From Tubiluchus corallicola (taxonomy: Eukaryota > Animalia > Priapulida): a DNA stretch of 64,000 nucleotides. The stretch covers positions 13,385 to 77,384 of the forward strand of contig JAQGDQ010002406.1 of assembly GCA_030141605.1 (NCBI GenBank), written 5' to 3'. The notes below the pieces were generated by a model, which saw nothing but the letters and a program-made list of their open reading frames with translations, ran no database searches and was not told the DNA's origin. A program made the position numbers and the translations under genes. Every line of letters starts with the position of its first letter. Position 1 is the stretch's first letter. Shown piece by piece: positions 33,201 to 43,306 of the stretch.

Positions 33201-34919
33201 GTGAATAAGGTTGTGATACATATTAAAAACGTCACAAAAACCTTTTCAAAGGGATTTCAAGCTGCTCTGGACGATGTCACTGCGTCTATTGAAAGCGGAC
33301 AAATCACATGTCTGGCAGGTCCTGATGGTGCAGGCAAAACTACGCTATTGCGACTCATTTGCGGGCTGATGAAACAGGATAGTGGCAATATCTCTGTCTT
33401 TGGTCACAACACTTTGAAAGAACCCCACAAGATACACCGAATAACCGGATACATGCCCCAGAAATTTGGGCTCTATGAAGAGCTGTCCATTGTGGAAAAC
33501 CTGAAGCTTTATAGTGAAATAAAGGGAGTGCCAAAACGCAAGCAGAGCGAGATGTTTGAAGAACTGCTGGACGTATCGGGTTTATCGAAGTTTGCAGACA
33601 GATTGGCATCAAATCTTTCGGGAGGCATGAAGCAAAAATTGAGCATAATATGCACCCTGATTGGGGAACCGCAACTGATAGTCCTGGATGAGCCGGGCAT
33701 AGGGGTAGATCCTGTATCCCGCAAGGAAATCGATCTGCTGATACAGAAGTGTTTAGATTCAGGTAGCACTGTTCTTTGGTCCACTTCTTACACGGAAGAT
33801 GCTGAGAAGTGTCATAAGGTTATTGTGTTAGATGGCGGCAAAGTGATGTATGAAGGTGAGCCGTCCGAGTTTATCAGAAGTGCTAAAGGCTTTGTGTACA
33901 CATCTTTTGTGAACGATGAGAGTAAAAAAAGGCTTTATCTCAAGGAGCTTCTGGGATGTGAAGGTGTCACAGATTGCGTCATAAGGGGCAACAGTATACG
34001 GGTGGGATTATCTAAAAAGGACACCCGCTCCATAAATCATGTAGCTAGTGGATTAAACTTTGTAGAAGCTGCACCGGAATTTGCAGACGCCTTCATAATG
34101 AAATCTTCGAGTAAAATATTGAGGGTATCTCCCCTCAAGTCTATCAAAAAGATAGCCGTAAAAACCTCCAGCATGGTTTTAGCGTCATCTTTGACAAAAA
34201 AATTTGGAGACTTTACAGCGGTGGACGACATAAGCCTCGATATAAGACAGGGAGAAGTTTTTGGTTTTTTGGGGCCAAATGGCGCGGGCAAATCGACTAC
34301 ATTTAAGATGTTGTGCGGTCTATTGCGCCCCACGTATGGTTCTGTGTTCATAGATAACATCGACATGCAAAACAACGTAAACAAAGCAAAAAATCGTATC
34401 GGCTATATGTCACAGAAATTTTCCCTATATGACGATTTGACGGTATCCCAAAACCTCAATTTCTTCTGCGGCATTTACGGTTTAAACAGAAAGCGCCGTA
34501 CTGAGAAGGTTGAGCTTATGTCCTCTATGTTTGACCTGACAAAATATATGAGCAGCAACACGGGCAAACTACCCTTGGGCTACAAACAGAGACTGGCTCT
34601 TGCCTGTGCAGTTATGCATGAGCCTGCCATACTGTTTTTGGATGAACCAACATCCGGGGTGGATATAGCTACCCGTCGGGAATTTTGGACACATATCAAC
34701 GAGCTTGCATCAAAGAACGTGACGATCATAGTATCGACCCATTTTATGGAAGAAGCAGAATATTGCGACAGAGTAGTATTGATACACAACGGAAAATCCA
34801 TAGTATCCGACAAACCCGACAGACTGAAGGAGGCTGTTCGGGAAAAGGGTGAAGAGATAAGCATGGATGAAGCATTTGCAAGACTGCTCAAGAGAAGCGA
34901 TGAAAGGAAAATGTTATGA
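33201..34919 (+). CDS. ABC transporter double ATPase (YbhF-like)
   Basis: GPDGAGKT, LSGGMKQK, GPNGAGKS, LPLGYKQR, LDEPTSG. Confidence 0.93.
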   Translation: MNKVVIHIKNVTKTFSKGFQAALDDVTASIESGQITCLAGPDGAGKTTLLRLICGLMKQDSGNISVFGHNTLKEPHKIHRITGYMPQKFGLYEELSIVENLKLYSEIKGVPKRKQSEMFEELLDVSGLSKFADRLASNLSGGMKQKLSIICTLIGEPQLIVLDEPGIGVDPVSRKEIDLLIQKCLDSGSTVLWSTSYTEDAEKCHKVIVLDGGKVMYEGEPSEFIRSAKGFVYTSFVNDESKKRLYLKELLGCEGVTDCVIRGNSIRVGLSKKDTRSINHVASGLNFVEAAPEFADAFIMKSSSKILRVSPLKSIKKIAVKTSSMVLASSLTKKFGDFTAVDDISLDIRQGEVFGFLGPNGAGKSTTFKMLCGLLRPTYGSVFIDNIDMQNNVNKAKNRIGYMSQKFSLYDDLTVSQNLNFFCGIYGLNRKRRTEKVELMSSMFDLTKYMSSNTGKLPLGYKQRLALACAVMHEPAILFLDEPTSGVDIATRREFWTHINELASKNVTIIVSTHFMEEAEYCDRVVLIHNGKSIVSDKPDRLKEAVREKGEEISMDEAFARLLKRSDERKML

Positions 34920-36025
34920 ACCTCAGACGAATAATCGGTCTATCAAAGAAGGAATTTAAGGTACTGATGAGGGATAAGAGCAATATGCTGGTGGCTTTTG
35001 TTTTTCCGATAATGCTGCTGATCCTGATGGGTTACGGCTTAAATCTCGACAGCGTAAACGTCAAAATAGGTTTCTTAGCAAAAGAGAACACACCTCATGC
35101 CCATGGCTTAATGTCCGCCATGGATGCTTCGAGCTATACCGATGTTGTCATATCCGATGATTTGGCAAAACTCGAACATATGATGGCTTCAAGCAAGATA
35201 CGGGGCATTGTGGAATTGGAAGAAAACTTCCACCTCCTGCCAGGTCACACCGCAAAGATTACGCTGCACACAGACGGCAGCGAAACCAACACCGCCAATT
35301 TCGTCGCAGGCAATGTTCAAGGGATAGTCATGTCATGGTCAAGAAACAGCCTGGCAGAGGACGGAATTGAGATGAGCAGTTTAATCAGCCTTGAACCCAG
35401 AATATTTTATAACTCAGAAGTAAAGAGCAACTATTATCTCATTCCCGGATCGATAGCTCTCGTGATGGCGCTCATAGGCTGTATGCTCACCTCTTTAGTG
35501 GTTGCAAAAGAATGGGAAAAAGGAACCATGGAAAACATCATGTCAACCCCTACTCTTATGCCGGAATTGTTGTTGAGCAAGCTAATACCCTACTTTTTTC
35601 TGGGCACCTGCACCATTATACTCTGCGCAACTTTGGCGGTGAGCCTATTCGGCGTACCTTTGAGGGGCTCTATTACCGCTTTGATGTTAGTCTCTTCGGC
35701 ATACCTCATCACCATGCTGGCCCAAGGAGTGTTTATCTCCGCAGTCACAAAGAGCCAGTTTATTGCGAGCCAGATGAGTATTATTTCATCATTTCTGCCC
35801 ACAATGCTCCTATCGGGCATGATATTTGAGATCAAATCAATGCCCCCCTTTATTCAGGGAATAACATACCTTATCCCCGCAAAATATTATGTTGAAAGCT
35901 TACAAACGGCATTTTTGGCGGGCGATATTTTGTACATTTATGCAAAAAATATCTTAATATTATCAATATTTAGCATAGTCCTACTCACCCTTGCAGTTAA
36001 AAAAACCGAAAAAAGGATAGCATGA
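34916..36025 (+). CDS. ABC-2 permease (YbhS-like)
   Basis: KEWEKGTME, LLSGMIFEI.SMP. Confidence 0.9.
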   Translation: MNLRRIIGLSKKEFKVLMRDKSNMLVAFVFPIMLLILMGYGLNLDSVNVKIGFLAKENTPHAHGLMSAMDASSYTDVVISDDLAKLEHMMASSKIRGIVELEENFHLLPGHTAKITLHTDGSETNTANFVAGNVQGIVMSWSRNSLAEDGIEMSSLISLEPRIFYNSEVKSNYYLIPGSIALVMALIGCMLTSLVVAKEWEKGTMENIMSTPTLMPELLLSKLIPYFFLGTCTIILCATLAVSLFGVPLRGSITALMLVSSAYLITMLAQGVFISAVTKSQFIASQMSIISSFLPTMLLSGMIFEIKSMPPFIQGITYLIPAKYYVESLQTAFLAGDILYIYAKNILILSIFSIVLLTLAVKKTEKRIA

Positions 36026-37122
36026 GATTTCTAAGAATAACAACACTCATCAAAAAAGAGATTTTAGCAATAATTTCGGACAAAAAATCGAGAACTGTAT
36101 TAATATTCCCCCCGATTGTACAGCTTCTAATATTCTCGTTTGCGGCTACTTTAGAGGTAAAGAACATAGATATTGCGGTATTAAATCATGACTATGGTTC
36201 AAACGGAAGACTGCTTGTATCAAAGATAAACGCGTCAGACACATTTAACAAGATAATGCATATGCAAAATGAGGCAGAAATAGTCAGCGCGATTGACAAG
36301 AAGGTTGCAGATGCGGCAATAATAATTCCACAAAATTTTTCAAAAAATATCGCGACAAACAGAGAAACCAGCCTGCAAATAATCCTAGACGGAAGAACGA
36401 CGAATAAGGCGCTTATAATATCTTCATATATCTCAAACATAGTGTCTGAGCTTGAAACGGAGCTTGTGACATTGCAAGCCCCTGTTCAAGTGATCACAAG
36501 ACACAAGTACAATAATAATCTGCTCTATGTGTGGTACAACGTTCCGTGTCTCATCGGAAACATATCTCTGATAATAACCATGCTGGTATCTTCTCTGTCT
36601 CTGGCCAGAGAGAGAGAACAGGGCACTTTGGAGCAACTATACGTATCCCCCCTCACCCCTTTTGAGATACTCATGGGGAAGATACTGCCGTCGGCCGTGA
36701 TAGGAATGTTTGAAGCCCTAATTATATTCTCATTTGCCCTATTCGTTTTCAGGATACCGTTTAGCGGCAATTTTCTGTTGCTGCTGTTGTCAATTACTGC
36801 ATTTATCTTCTCAATAGTGGGTGTGGGATTGTTGATCTCTGCTATATCAAAGAACCAACAACAAGCTGTGGTTGGAGTTCTATTCTTTGCCGTTCCGTCA
36901 ATAATACTATCAGGCTACGCCACACCCATCGAAAATATGCCCCAAGTTCTACAGATCATCACAGCCATCAACCCAACAAAATACTTCATGATAGCAGTCA
37001 AGGGGATATACATGAAAGGGATGCCGACGCTCACCACATTCAGCATAATATGGCCCATGTTAGTTTTAGCTGTAATAAATATCACTTTTGCATACATCGT
37101 AATAAAGAAGAAGATGGAATGA
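36022..37122 (+). CDS. ABC-2 permease (YbhR-like)
   Basis: AREREQGTLEQL, LSGYATPIENMP. Confidence 0.9.
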   Translation: MRFLRITTLIKKEILAIISDKKSRTVLIFPPIVQLLIFSFAATLEVKNIDIAVLNHDYGSNGRLLVSKINASDTFNKIMHMQNEAEIVSAIDKKVADAAIIIPQNFSKNIATNRETSLQIILDGRTTNKALIISSYISNIVSELETELVTLQAPVQVITRHKYNNNLLYVWYNVPCLIGNISLIITMLVSSLSLAREREQGTLEQLYVSPLTPFEILMGKILPSAVIGMFEALIIFSFALFVFRIPFSGNFLLLLLSITAFIFSIVGVGLLISAISKNQQQAVVGVLFFAVPSIILSGYATPIENMPQVLQIITAINPTKYFMIAVKGIYMKGMPTLTTFSIIWPMLVLAVINITFAYIVIKKKME

Positions 37123-37157
37123 CCGGCTATCATTGTATCATTCTCTATATTTTGACA

Positions 37158-37186
37158 TTGAAAAAGTTTCTAAAAAATATTAGGCT
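37158..37186 (+). promoter_or_regulatory. sigma70-like promoter
   Basis: TTGAAA-N17-TAGGCT upstream of the lipoprotein gene. Confidence 0.45.
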
Positions 37187-37241
37187 TGAGGGTCGGCGGT
37201 GTCAGCTCTACTAGATAGCCAATTATTCGGGGGATTAAATT

Positions 37242-38243
37242 ATGTTTAGATTGTTGGTGATACTTTCATTGTTTGCGTTGTTGGGCGCTTGTAGTAACCC
37301 AAAGGTGACCCATACCTACCTTAATCCTGCAAAAAATGATGAAGCAAGCGCATTGAGAGAAGTTGCAATACTCAACATCGGTGGAAATGCAGGTCAAGAG
37401 CTGCTTCCCGCTTTTGAAAACGCCCTCGGAAACTCAAGAGTAGGAAATACACCGTACTTCACCGTCATCGATAGAAACAATATAGAGACAATACTTAGTG
37501 AGCAGCAGCTTAAGCTCGTTATGGAAGAGGATGACTACGACTATTTGGGCAAGATGAATATCGCGGAAGGTGTGTACACCGGTACCGCAACCTACAGCGT
37601 ATGGGTCGATGAATCCCAGCGTACCAGGCAAGAATGCAGCTCGTATGACAGCAACTATAACTGTATCTCATATCGGAGTTACATAGAATATTGCAATGTC
37701 AAGAACCTCTCTCTCACATTTACCCCAAGGCTTACAAATGTAAAGACCAGCAGAGTTATATTCACGCAACAGTACACTTCCAATAAATCAGACAAAAGAA
37801 GATGCGGCACAAAACCGCCTAGTACAGTTGCGACAGGAGTTATGTTGTCAGCAGCAATTGATAGCGTTTTGCAACAGTTGATTCAGGACGTGTCACCATA
37901 CTATGTGACGTATTCTTTGGAGCTCTCAAAGGATAAAAATGATTTTTCCAAAGACGATAAAAAGAGATTCGACAACGCCATATCATTCGCAGAAAAGGGT
38001 GGCGTAGATAAAGCGTGCGGAATATGGAATGAAATGTATAGATCGTATCCCACTTCAGCGTCACTGAACTACAACTTAGGCATATGCTCTGAGGTAAATG
38101 AAGAGCTGGAAAATGCCCGGGGATACTACACAAAAGCAAACAATTACGTAGAAAAACCGGACAGTAAAATTACAGAAGCGATATACAGAATCGACATAAA
38201 GATTGAGAATGAAAAAACACTGAGAAGACAGATAGGGGGATAA
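37242..38243 (+). CDS. lipoprotein with CsgG-like core and C-terminal TPR-like helices
   Basis: Lipobox LGAC; FTVIDRNNIETILSEQ; YNLGICSE...ARGYY. Confidence 0.7.
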   Translation: MFRLLVILSLFALLGACSNPKVTHTYLNPAKNDEASALREVAILNIGGNAGQELLPAFENALGNSRVGNTPYFTVIDRNNIETILSEQQLKLVMEEDDYDYLGKMNIAEGVYTGTATYSVWVDESQRTRQECSSYDSNYNCISYRSYIEYCNVKNLSLTFTPRLTNVKTSRVIFTQQYTSNKSDKRRCGTKPPSTVATGVMLSAAIDSVLQQLIQDVSPYYVTYSLELSKDKNDFSKDDKKRFDNAISFAEKGGVDKACGIWNEMYRSYPTSASLNYNLGICSEVNEELENARGYYTKANNYVEKPDSKITEAIYRIDIKIENEKTLRRQIGG

Positions 38244-38287
38244 AGTTCCGACCTCGTTGTTACGCTTTTCCGTAAGGGTGCCCCGCT

Positions 38288-38362
38288 GTGCTTGTGTTGT
38301 GCTCAGAGTTAAGGTACGGATGCAACATTAAAGGGGAGTAGTGTTTGTGTTGTGCTCAGTGT
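38288..38362. repeat. 22-bp imperfect direct repeat (2 copies, 53 bp apart)
   Basis: gtgcTTGTGTTGTGCTCAGagt at 38288 and gtgtTTGTGTTGTGCTCAGtgt at 38341. Confidence 0.7.
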
Positions 38363-38379
38363 CAATATTGTACGTTTCC

Positions 38380-40074
38380 TCATTTATCGGGGTTGGCGGG
38401 TCTTAGCGGAAGCTTTACTTCCACGCCTCCGCTGCCTTTCACTTCAAGGATATTGTCGCTTTTGTATTTATTTGCGTAGACCACGTAGGTTTTTTCATCA
38501 ATCACATTTTTTGAAGAGATCGTATTTGACCTTGTCATGTATATCACGGGGCACTCTGCGCTTAAATCGTTTACGCATACGGTTCCGCCGCTCGGCTCAT
38601 CATTTATCTTAAAATAGTAATTTTCTCCGCCGAACACGGTAATGCTCCCCTTGTCAAAATTCTTCACGCCATAAGAAGAAATAGCAGGGACAAATTGATA
38701 TTTAAAGCTGTTGTAAGAGCCTCTGAAAAATATCTCTTTTAGATCCTGATCTATCACAACATAACCCCGGGCAGTTCTCATTTCCGCAAAAAAGGCTCCG
38801 TTTAGGCTTTTGGCAGGCAAAATAAAGAATAGAGGCAATACAAGTGCACTCAAATAAACATATCGATGCCCTATCAGAACGACGCTGATAAGAAATAGCA
38901 TGACGAATGTAAATGTTAAAATATTTATCTTTTTATAAATAAAAGAGGAGTAACTTAAATAATAAACAATATCGAGAAATTTATTTCCGATAATTTCTGT
39001 ATATATCAGGGCAGGCATAATAATATCCGGCATCAATAACGACACATACCCCAATGATATTTGTAAAAAAAGGATAGGCACGACAAAAACAGTACTCACA
39101 ATACTGAGATAATTTGTGCTGCCGAATATATACAGAGTGATCGGTGTGGTAAATACAGTGGCGCCCAAGCCAGCTTTAAACCCGCTCATGAATCGTATAT
39201 TAGATCTATTTTTAAAAAAAGCGACTATACCATAAACGGCGCTAAAGGATAGCCAAAAGGAGATATTTGTAACAGACTCAGGAAAAAGTAAAAGGAGTAC
39301 ACCACCAACAAACAGTACAAATCTGTCCCCCCGTATCCGAATGCCGAAACTAACCAGCCAAAAATATGACAAAGCGAATATAACAGCCCGAACTACACTT
39401 ATAGTGAAGCCTGACAAAATACTGCACAAAATTAGCGCACAGCTCAGCAATACAAGATTTCTGCCAAATCCCAACGCATTGAGCAGACAGAGCAACATCC
39501 CCACTATTATCCCAACATGCAATCCGGATTGAGCAAGGATATGCGCCAAACCACTAACGATATATTTATCTCTCAAGGAGGGGTTTATGTATCGTTTGTC
39601 CCCAAGGATGTGGGCCTGTATGGTCGATATCCTTCCGCCAGAATTGTAGAACAAACGGTTGCCATAATCTTCTCTAAATTCCAGCAGCCTGCTAATGACG
39701 GGCAATCTGAAAAACAGAATATCGTCGCGCCCAACATCATCTATTCTGAAAAAGTCGCCAGCCTTCGCCTCAATGCCTTTGCCAAAGTCTATCCTAGAGG
39801 ATGGCGTGTAGGAATACCCGGAATTGTAATCGGTGGAACTCACAACAACCGTATAGTTGTGATAGCAATACAGAAAGACGACGTAAAGAGCGGCAAACAA
39901 CAAAATTCTTCTGCCAAAAAATATCCAGATCAAGGCAAAACTTAGTATGGCAAACAGATAAACATTGAAGCTATACACCAACGCCACCACAACACAAAGA
40001 AGAAAGTACACAAAACAGATGCAGTGATCAATAACAGACCTAATCATGAAGAAAATTATAGAGATAAACAACAT
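38380..40074 (-). CDS. comEC: ComEC/Rec2 family competence membrane protein
   Basis: ILGDK, SGLAHILAQSGLHVG, SVVRA, SFWLSFSA. Confidence 0.85.
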   Translation of the reverse strand: MLFISIIFFMIRSVIDHCICFVYFLLCVVVALVYSFNVYLFAILSFALIWIFFGRRILLFAALYVVFLYCYHNYTVVVSSTDYNSGYSYTPSSRIDFGKGIEAKAGDFFRIDDVGRDDILFFRLPVISRLLEFREDYGNRLFYNSGGRISTIQAHILGDKRYINPSLRDKYIVSGLAHILAQSGLHVGIIVGMLLCLLNALGFGRNLVLLSCALILCSILSGFTISVVRAVIFALSYFWLVSFGIRIRGDRFVLFVGGVLLLLFPESVTNISFWLSFSAVYGIVAFFKNRSNIRFMSGFKAGLGATVFTTPITLYIFGSTNYLSIVSTVFVVPILFLQISLGYVSLLMPDIIMPALIYTEIIGNKFLDIVYYLSYSSFIYKKINILTFTFVMLFLISVVLIGHRYVYLSALVLPLFFILPAKSLNGAFFAEMRTARGYVVIDQDLKEIFFRGSYNSFKYQFVPAISSYGVKNFDKGSITVFGGENYYFKINDEPSGGTVCVNDLSAECPVIYMTRSNTISSKNVIDEKTYVVYANKYKSDNILEVKGSGGVEVKLPLRPANPDK

Positions 40075-40187
40075 CCTTTACTATAAAAACTGATCGATTG
40101 TGAATATTTGGAATTGTATTTTTCATTCACAAGGACTATTATGGATCTCTGTTGATAAAGTTTCAAATTGGTCGCATATTTTAAACC

Positions 40188-40892
40188 ATGGCAATATTAT
40201 CCCTTATTTTTTTACTATTAGTTATCTTGATCGTTCTGATAAGCTTTACGGTATTGAGATACATACAGGTTATCCTACTCATAGTGCTTGTTATCGGTGT
40301 TTTGTACTTTGTGGAGACGCACAGACAGCTATTTGCAAAATGGTTTAAAAAGTTCTACAGCGCGCTGATTACCGCATCATACAAACCCTTGAGCAGACTC
40401 ATCCCCGCCTTCAAATATCTAATAAGCCGCAAATATCGAATGGACAAGCAAAAGCGGGATGCAGAAAAAGATGTAAACAGATACATATACGAGACCGGCA
40501 AGGCAATTGAAGAACTGCAAAAACTAAAAAAAGATATGCCAGACAACGATATTTCAACCAGTGTAGATATCCTAATAGACAAATCACAGTCAATATTACA
40601 CTACCTAAAGGAGAACAGCGCAGAAATTGCAAAGGTCAGGAGATTTTTTGACTACTACCTTGCAACCCTTACGACTATCTTGCAAAAGTATCACAAACTG
40701 AGATACTTCCGAGAAACATTGACAGAAAATGATCCACATATAGATGGGATAAAAGAAGCTTTAAGTAGCCTGGAGCAGGCTTTCAACTCATTCTTGAGCA
40801 AACTTCTGGAGAATGATTCGATAGACCTAGATACGGATATGAAAGTACTGCAACAGTCCATGAAGATGGATGGCTTCGATAGAGAACAATAA
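40188..40892 (+). CDS. 5-bromo-4-chloroindolyl phosphate hydrolysis (XpaC-like) protein
   Basis: Two N-terminal TMs; RRFFDYYL...ILQKY; LLENDSIDLDTDMKVL. Confidence 0.75.
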   Translation: MAILSLIFLLLVILIVLISFTVLRYIQVILLIVLVIGVLYFVETHRQLFAKWFKKFYSALITASYKPLSRLIPAFKYLISRKYRMDKQKRDAEKDVNRYIYETGKAIEELQKLKKDMPDNDISTSVDILIDKSQSILHYLKENSAEIAKVRRFFDYYLATLTTILQKYHKLRYFRETLTENDPHIDGIKEALSSLEQAFNSFLSKLLENDSIDLDTDMKVLQQSMKMDGFDREQ

Positions 40893-41027
40893 TAAAACAG
40901 TTATGTATATTTAATTTATTATTTTCAATATATTTTACACAACATCGTGATATTTTATCAAACAAAAATGTGGAATTGTTATTATTATATCGACATCTTG
41001 ACGCTATGAAATAATGGACGTCGACAC

Positions 41028-41056
41028 TTGAAATCCCCCTTAGGAATTGTTATACT
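41028..41056 (+). promoter_or_regulatory. sigma70 promoter with extended -10 for pfp
   Basis: TTGAAA-N17-TATACT with TG at the extended -10 position. Confidence 0.65.
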
Positions 41057-41090
41057 GTTCGATCTGTAATGATTTTGGGGGTAGACTTAC

Positions 41091-42764
41091 ATGCGCATAT
41101 TGGACTTTCACAAACTTCGTACTAATTATCAACCTAAATATCCAAAAATCTTTGATGAAGATTTTGAAGACATAGCTTTAGAAGATTTTACGCCCACAAC
41201 TCCTTTGGGGCGCGATGAAGAGATTGTGAGAAAAGCTTTTGAAAACACCTTTTACACGTCGACTGTGAGGTTGGGTAAGGGCAACAATTCTGTAGGGCAT
41301 CATGAATTTCACATAGGAGTAATCTTTTCCGGAGGACAAGCTCCGGGTGGTCACAATGTAGTATCTGGGATTTTTGATGGGATGATCAAGGGGAATAAGA
41401 ATTCTCGACTATTCGGTTTTCTTGGTGGTCCTTCAGGTCTTTTGGCTTGTAAGTACTTGGAGATAACTGAGAATATCATCGATGACCACAGGAATACCGG
41501 TGGTTTTGACATGTTAGGTTCAGGCAGGACAAAGATAGAGACCGAGGTGCAGTTTGAGCAGTCGCTGCACACCTGCTTAAAGCTGGGATTAAATGCATTG
41601 GTGGTCATTGGCGGCGACGATTCAAATACTAACGCTGCGATGCTCGCGGAATTTTTTGAAAAAAAGGGAGTAAACATCTCTGTTATAGGTGTTCCGAAGA
41701 CCATTGACGGTGATTTAAAAAACGAATATGTGGAAGTTTCATTCGGTTTTGATACTGCTACAAAGCTCTATTCTCATCTGATATCCAACACTGCAAGGGA
41801 TACGGTCAGCGCTCAAAAACATTGGCATTTTGTCAAACTGATGGGGAGAAAAGCATCGCATATTACGCTAGAGTGCGCATTGCAGACCCATCCTAATATA
41901 ACCCTAATATCCGAAGAGATTGAAAGCCAGAGAAAAACTTTAGAGGATATTGCAGATGACATCTCATCGGTCGTTGCAGCAAGGGCGGAAAATGGCGAGG
42001 ATTACGGTATAATTCTCATTCCGGAAGGTTTGGTGGAGTTTGTTCCTGAGATGAAGTCCCTCATAGAAAATCTGAACACCCTTCTCGGCAAAGAGGATAA
42101 AACGTTTAACAGCCTCAGCACCATGGAAGAGAAGATCAATTGGACTATGCAAAATCTGTCTGAACTCTCCGCTGCAACATTTAAGATACTCCCCGTCTGG
42201 CTTCAAGATCAACTATTATCAGAAAGGGATCCCCATGGAAACATACAGGTATCTCTTATTGAGACAGAAAAACTGTTAATAAATCTCGTCAGCGATAGAT
42301 TGGAAGAGAAGCGCTCCCGGGGTGAATATAGCGGCAAGTTTCATCCCATTCCGAGTTTTTATGGCTATGAGGGGCGGAGCCTTTCACCATCGAATTTTGA
42401 CGCCGATTACTGCTACAGTCTGGGGTTGACAGCGTTTCTCCTATTTTTGTGTGGAGCAAGTGGATATATGGCATCTTTACGCGGCTTGCATAAATCACCG
42501 AACAATTGGATACCATGCGGCGCACCGCTCACTGCTATGATGAACGTTGAGGAGAGACATGGAAAAGACAAAATTGTGATAAAGAAGAGCCTGGTAGATT
42601 TAAACGGCAGTCCATATAGCGAATATCTGAGAAATAAACAACACTGGGCATACAACACAGACTACAACTACTGTTGTGGGATACAGTATTTCGGTCCAAA
42701 AGATGTCTGCGATCTACCGACAATAACGCTGACATTGGAGGCACTAGCTAGATCACAATCATAA
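41091..42764 (+). CDS. pfp: pyrophosphate-dependent phosphofructokinase (long clade)
   Basis: SGGQAPGGHNV, GGDDSNTNAA, PKTIDGDL, KLMGR, YGYEGR. Confidence 0.95.
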   Translation: MRILDFHKLRTNYQPKYPKIFDEDFEDIALEDFTPTTPLGRDEEIVRKAFENTFYTSTVRLGKGNNSVGHHEFHIGVIFSGGQAPGGHNVVSGIFDGMIKGNKNSRLFGFLGGPSGLLACKYLEITENIIDDHRNTGGFDMLGSGRTKIETEVQFEQSLHTCLKLGLNALVVIGGDDSNTNAAMLAEFFEKKGVNISVIGVPKTIDGDLKNEYVEVSFGFDTATKLYSHLISNTARDTVSAQKHWHFVKLMGRKASHITLECALQTHPNITLISEEIESQRKTLEDIADDISSVVAARAENGEDYGIILIPEGLVEFVPEMKSLIENLNTLLGKEDKTFNSLSTMEEKINWTMQNLSELSAATFKILPVWLQDQLLSERDPHGNIQVSLIETEKLLINLVSDRLEEKRSRGEYSGKFHPIPSFYGYEGRSLSPSNFDADYCYSLGLTAFLLFLCGASGYMASLRGLHKSPNNWIPCGAPLTAMMNVEERHGKDKIVIKKSLVDLNGSPYSEYLRNKQHWAYNTDYNYCCGIQYFGPKDVCDLPTITLTLEALARSQS

Positions 42765-42772
42765 GGCAACAT

Positions 42773-43133
42773 TATGCTCCAGTATTTGAAGCCGCATCTC
42801 GGGGATGTTGTCGTGGGGTGTTGTTACGAAAAAGCGTGACATCGATCGGTCACAAGATCACGTGGCGTATGCTCCAGTATCCGAAGCCGCACCCCGAGGT
42901 TGTTGTCGTGGGGTGTTGTTACGAAAAAGCGTGACATCGATCGGTCACAAGATCACGTGGCGTATGCTCCAGTATCCGAAGCCGCACCCCGAGGTTGTTG
43001 TCGTGGGGTGTTGTTACGAAAAAGCGTGACATTGATCGGTCACAAGATCACGTGGCATACGCTCCAGTATCCGAAGCCGCATCCCGGGGGTGTTGTCGTG
43101 GGGTGTTGTTACGAAAAAGCGTGATACTGACCG
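42773..43133. repeat. 95-bp tandem repeat, ~3.8 copies, palindrome-rich, between convergent genes
   Basis: Units start at 42773, 42868, 42963 and 43058; unit tatgctccagtatccgaagccgcaccccgaggttgttgtcgtggggtgttgttacgaaaaagcgtgacatcgatcggtcacaagatcacgtggcg. Confidence 0.97.
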
Positions 43134-43306
43134 ATGGGGAAACATAACCCATGGACGTCAACCTTTACGAAACACTAATTCCCCGGAAATATTAATCCAC
43201 AGAAGGGGCAGAATCCCTTCGGTACCAAAACAACCACAAGCCTTGGCATCCACGTACGTTTTATTTGCATCTCTTAAATAGTGAGAAGTTTTGCGCAAAA
43301 CACAAG

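Noticed and set aside
42773-43133. CRISPR array
   Set aside because: Units are near-identical over their full 95 bp with no unique spacers, and there are no cas genes in the window
42805-43281. Three similar small ORFs (MLSWGVV...)
   Set aside because: They are by-products of a 95-bp repeat read in rotating frames; no RBS or protein-like character
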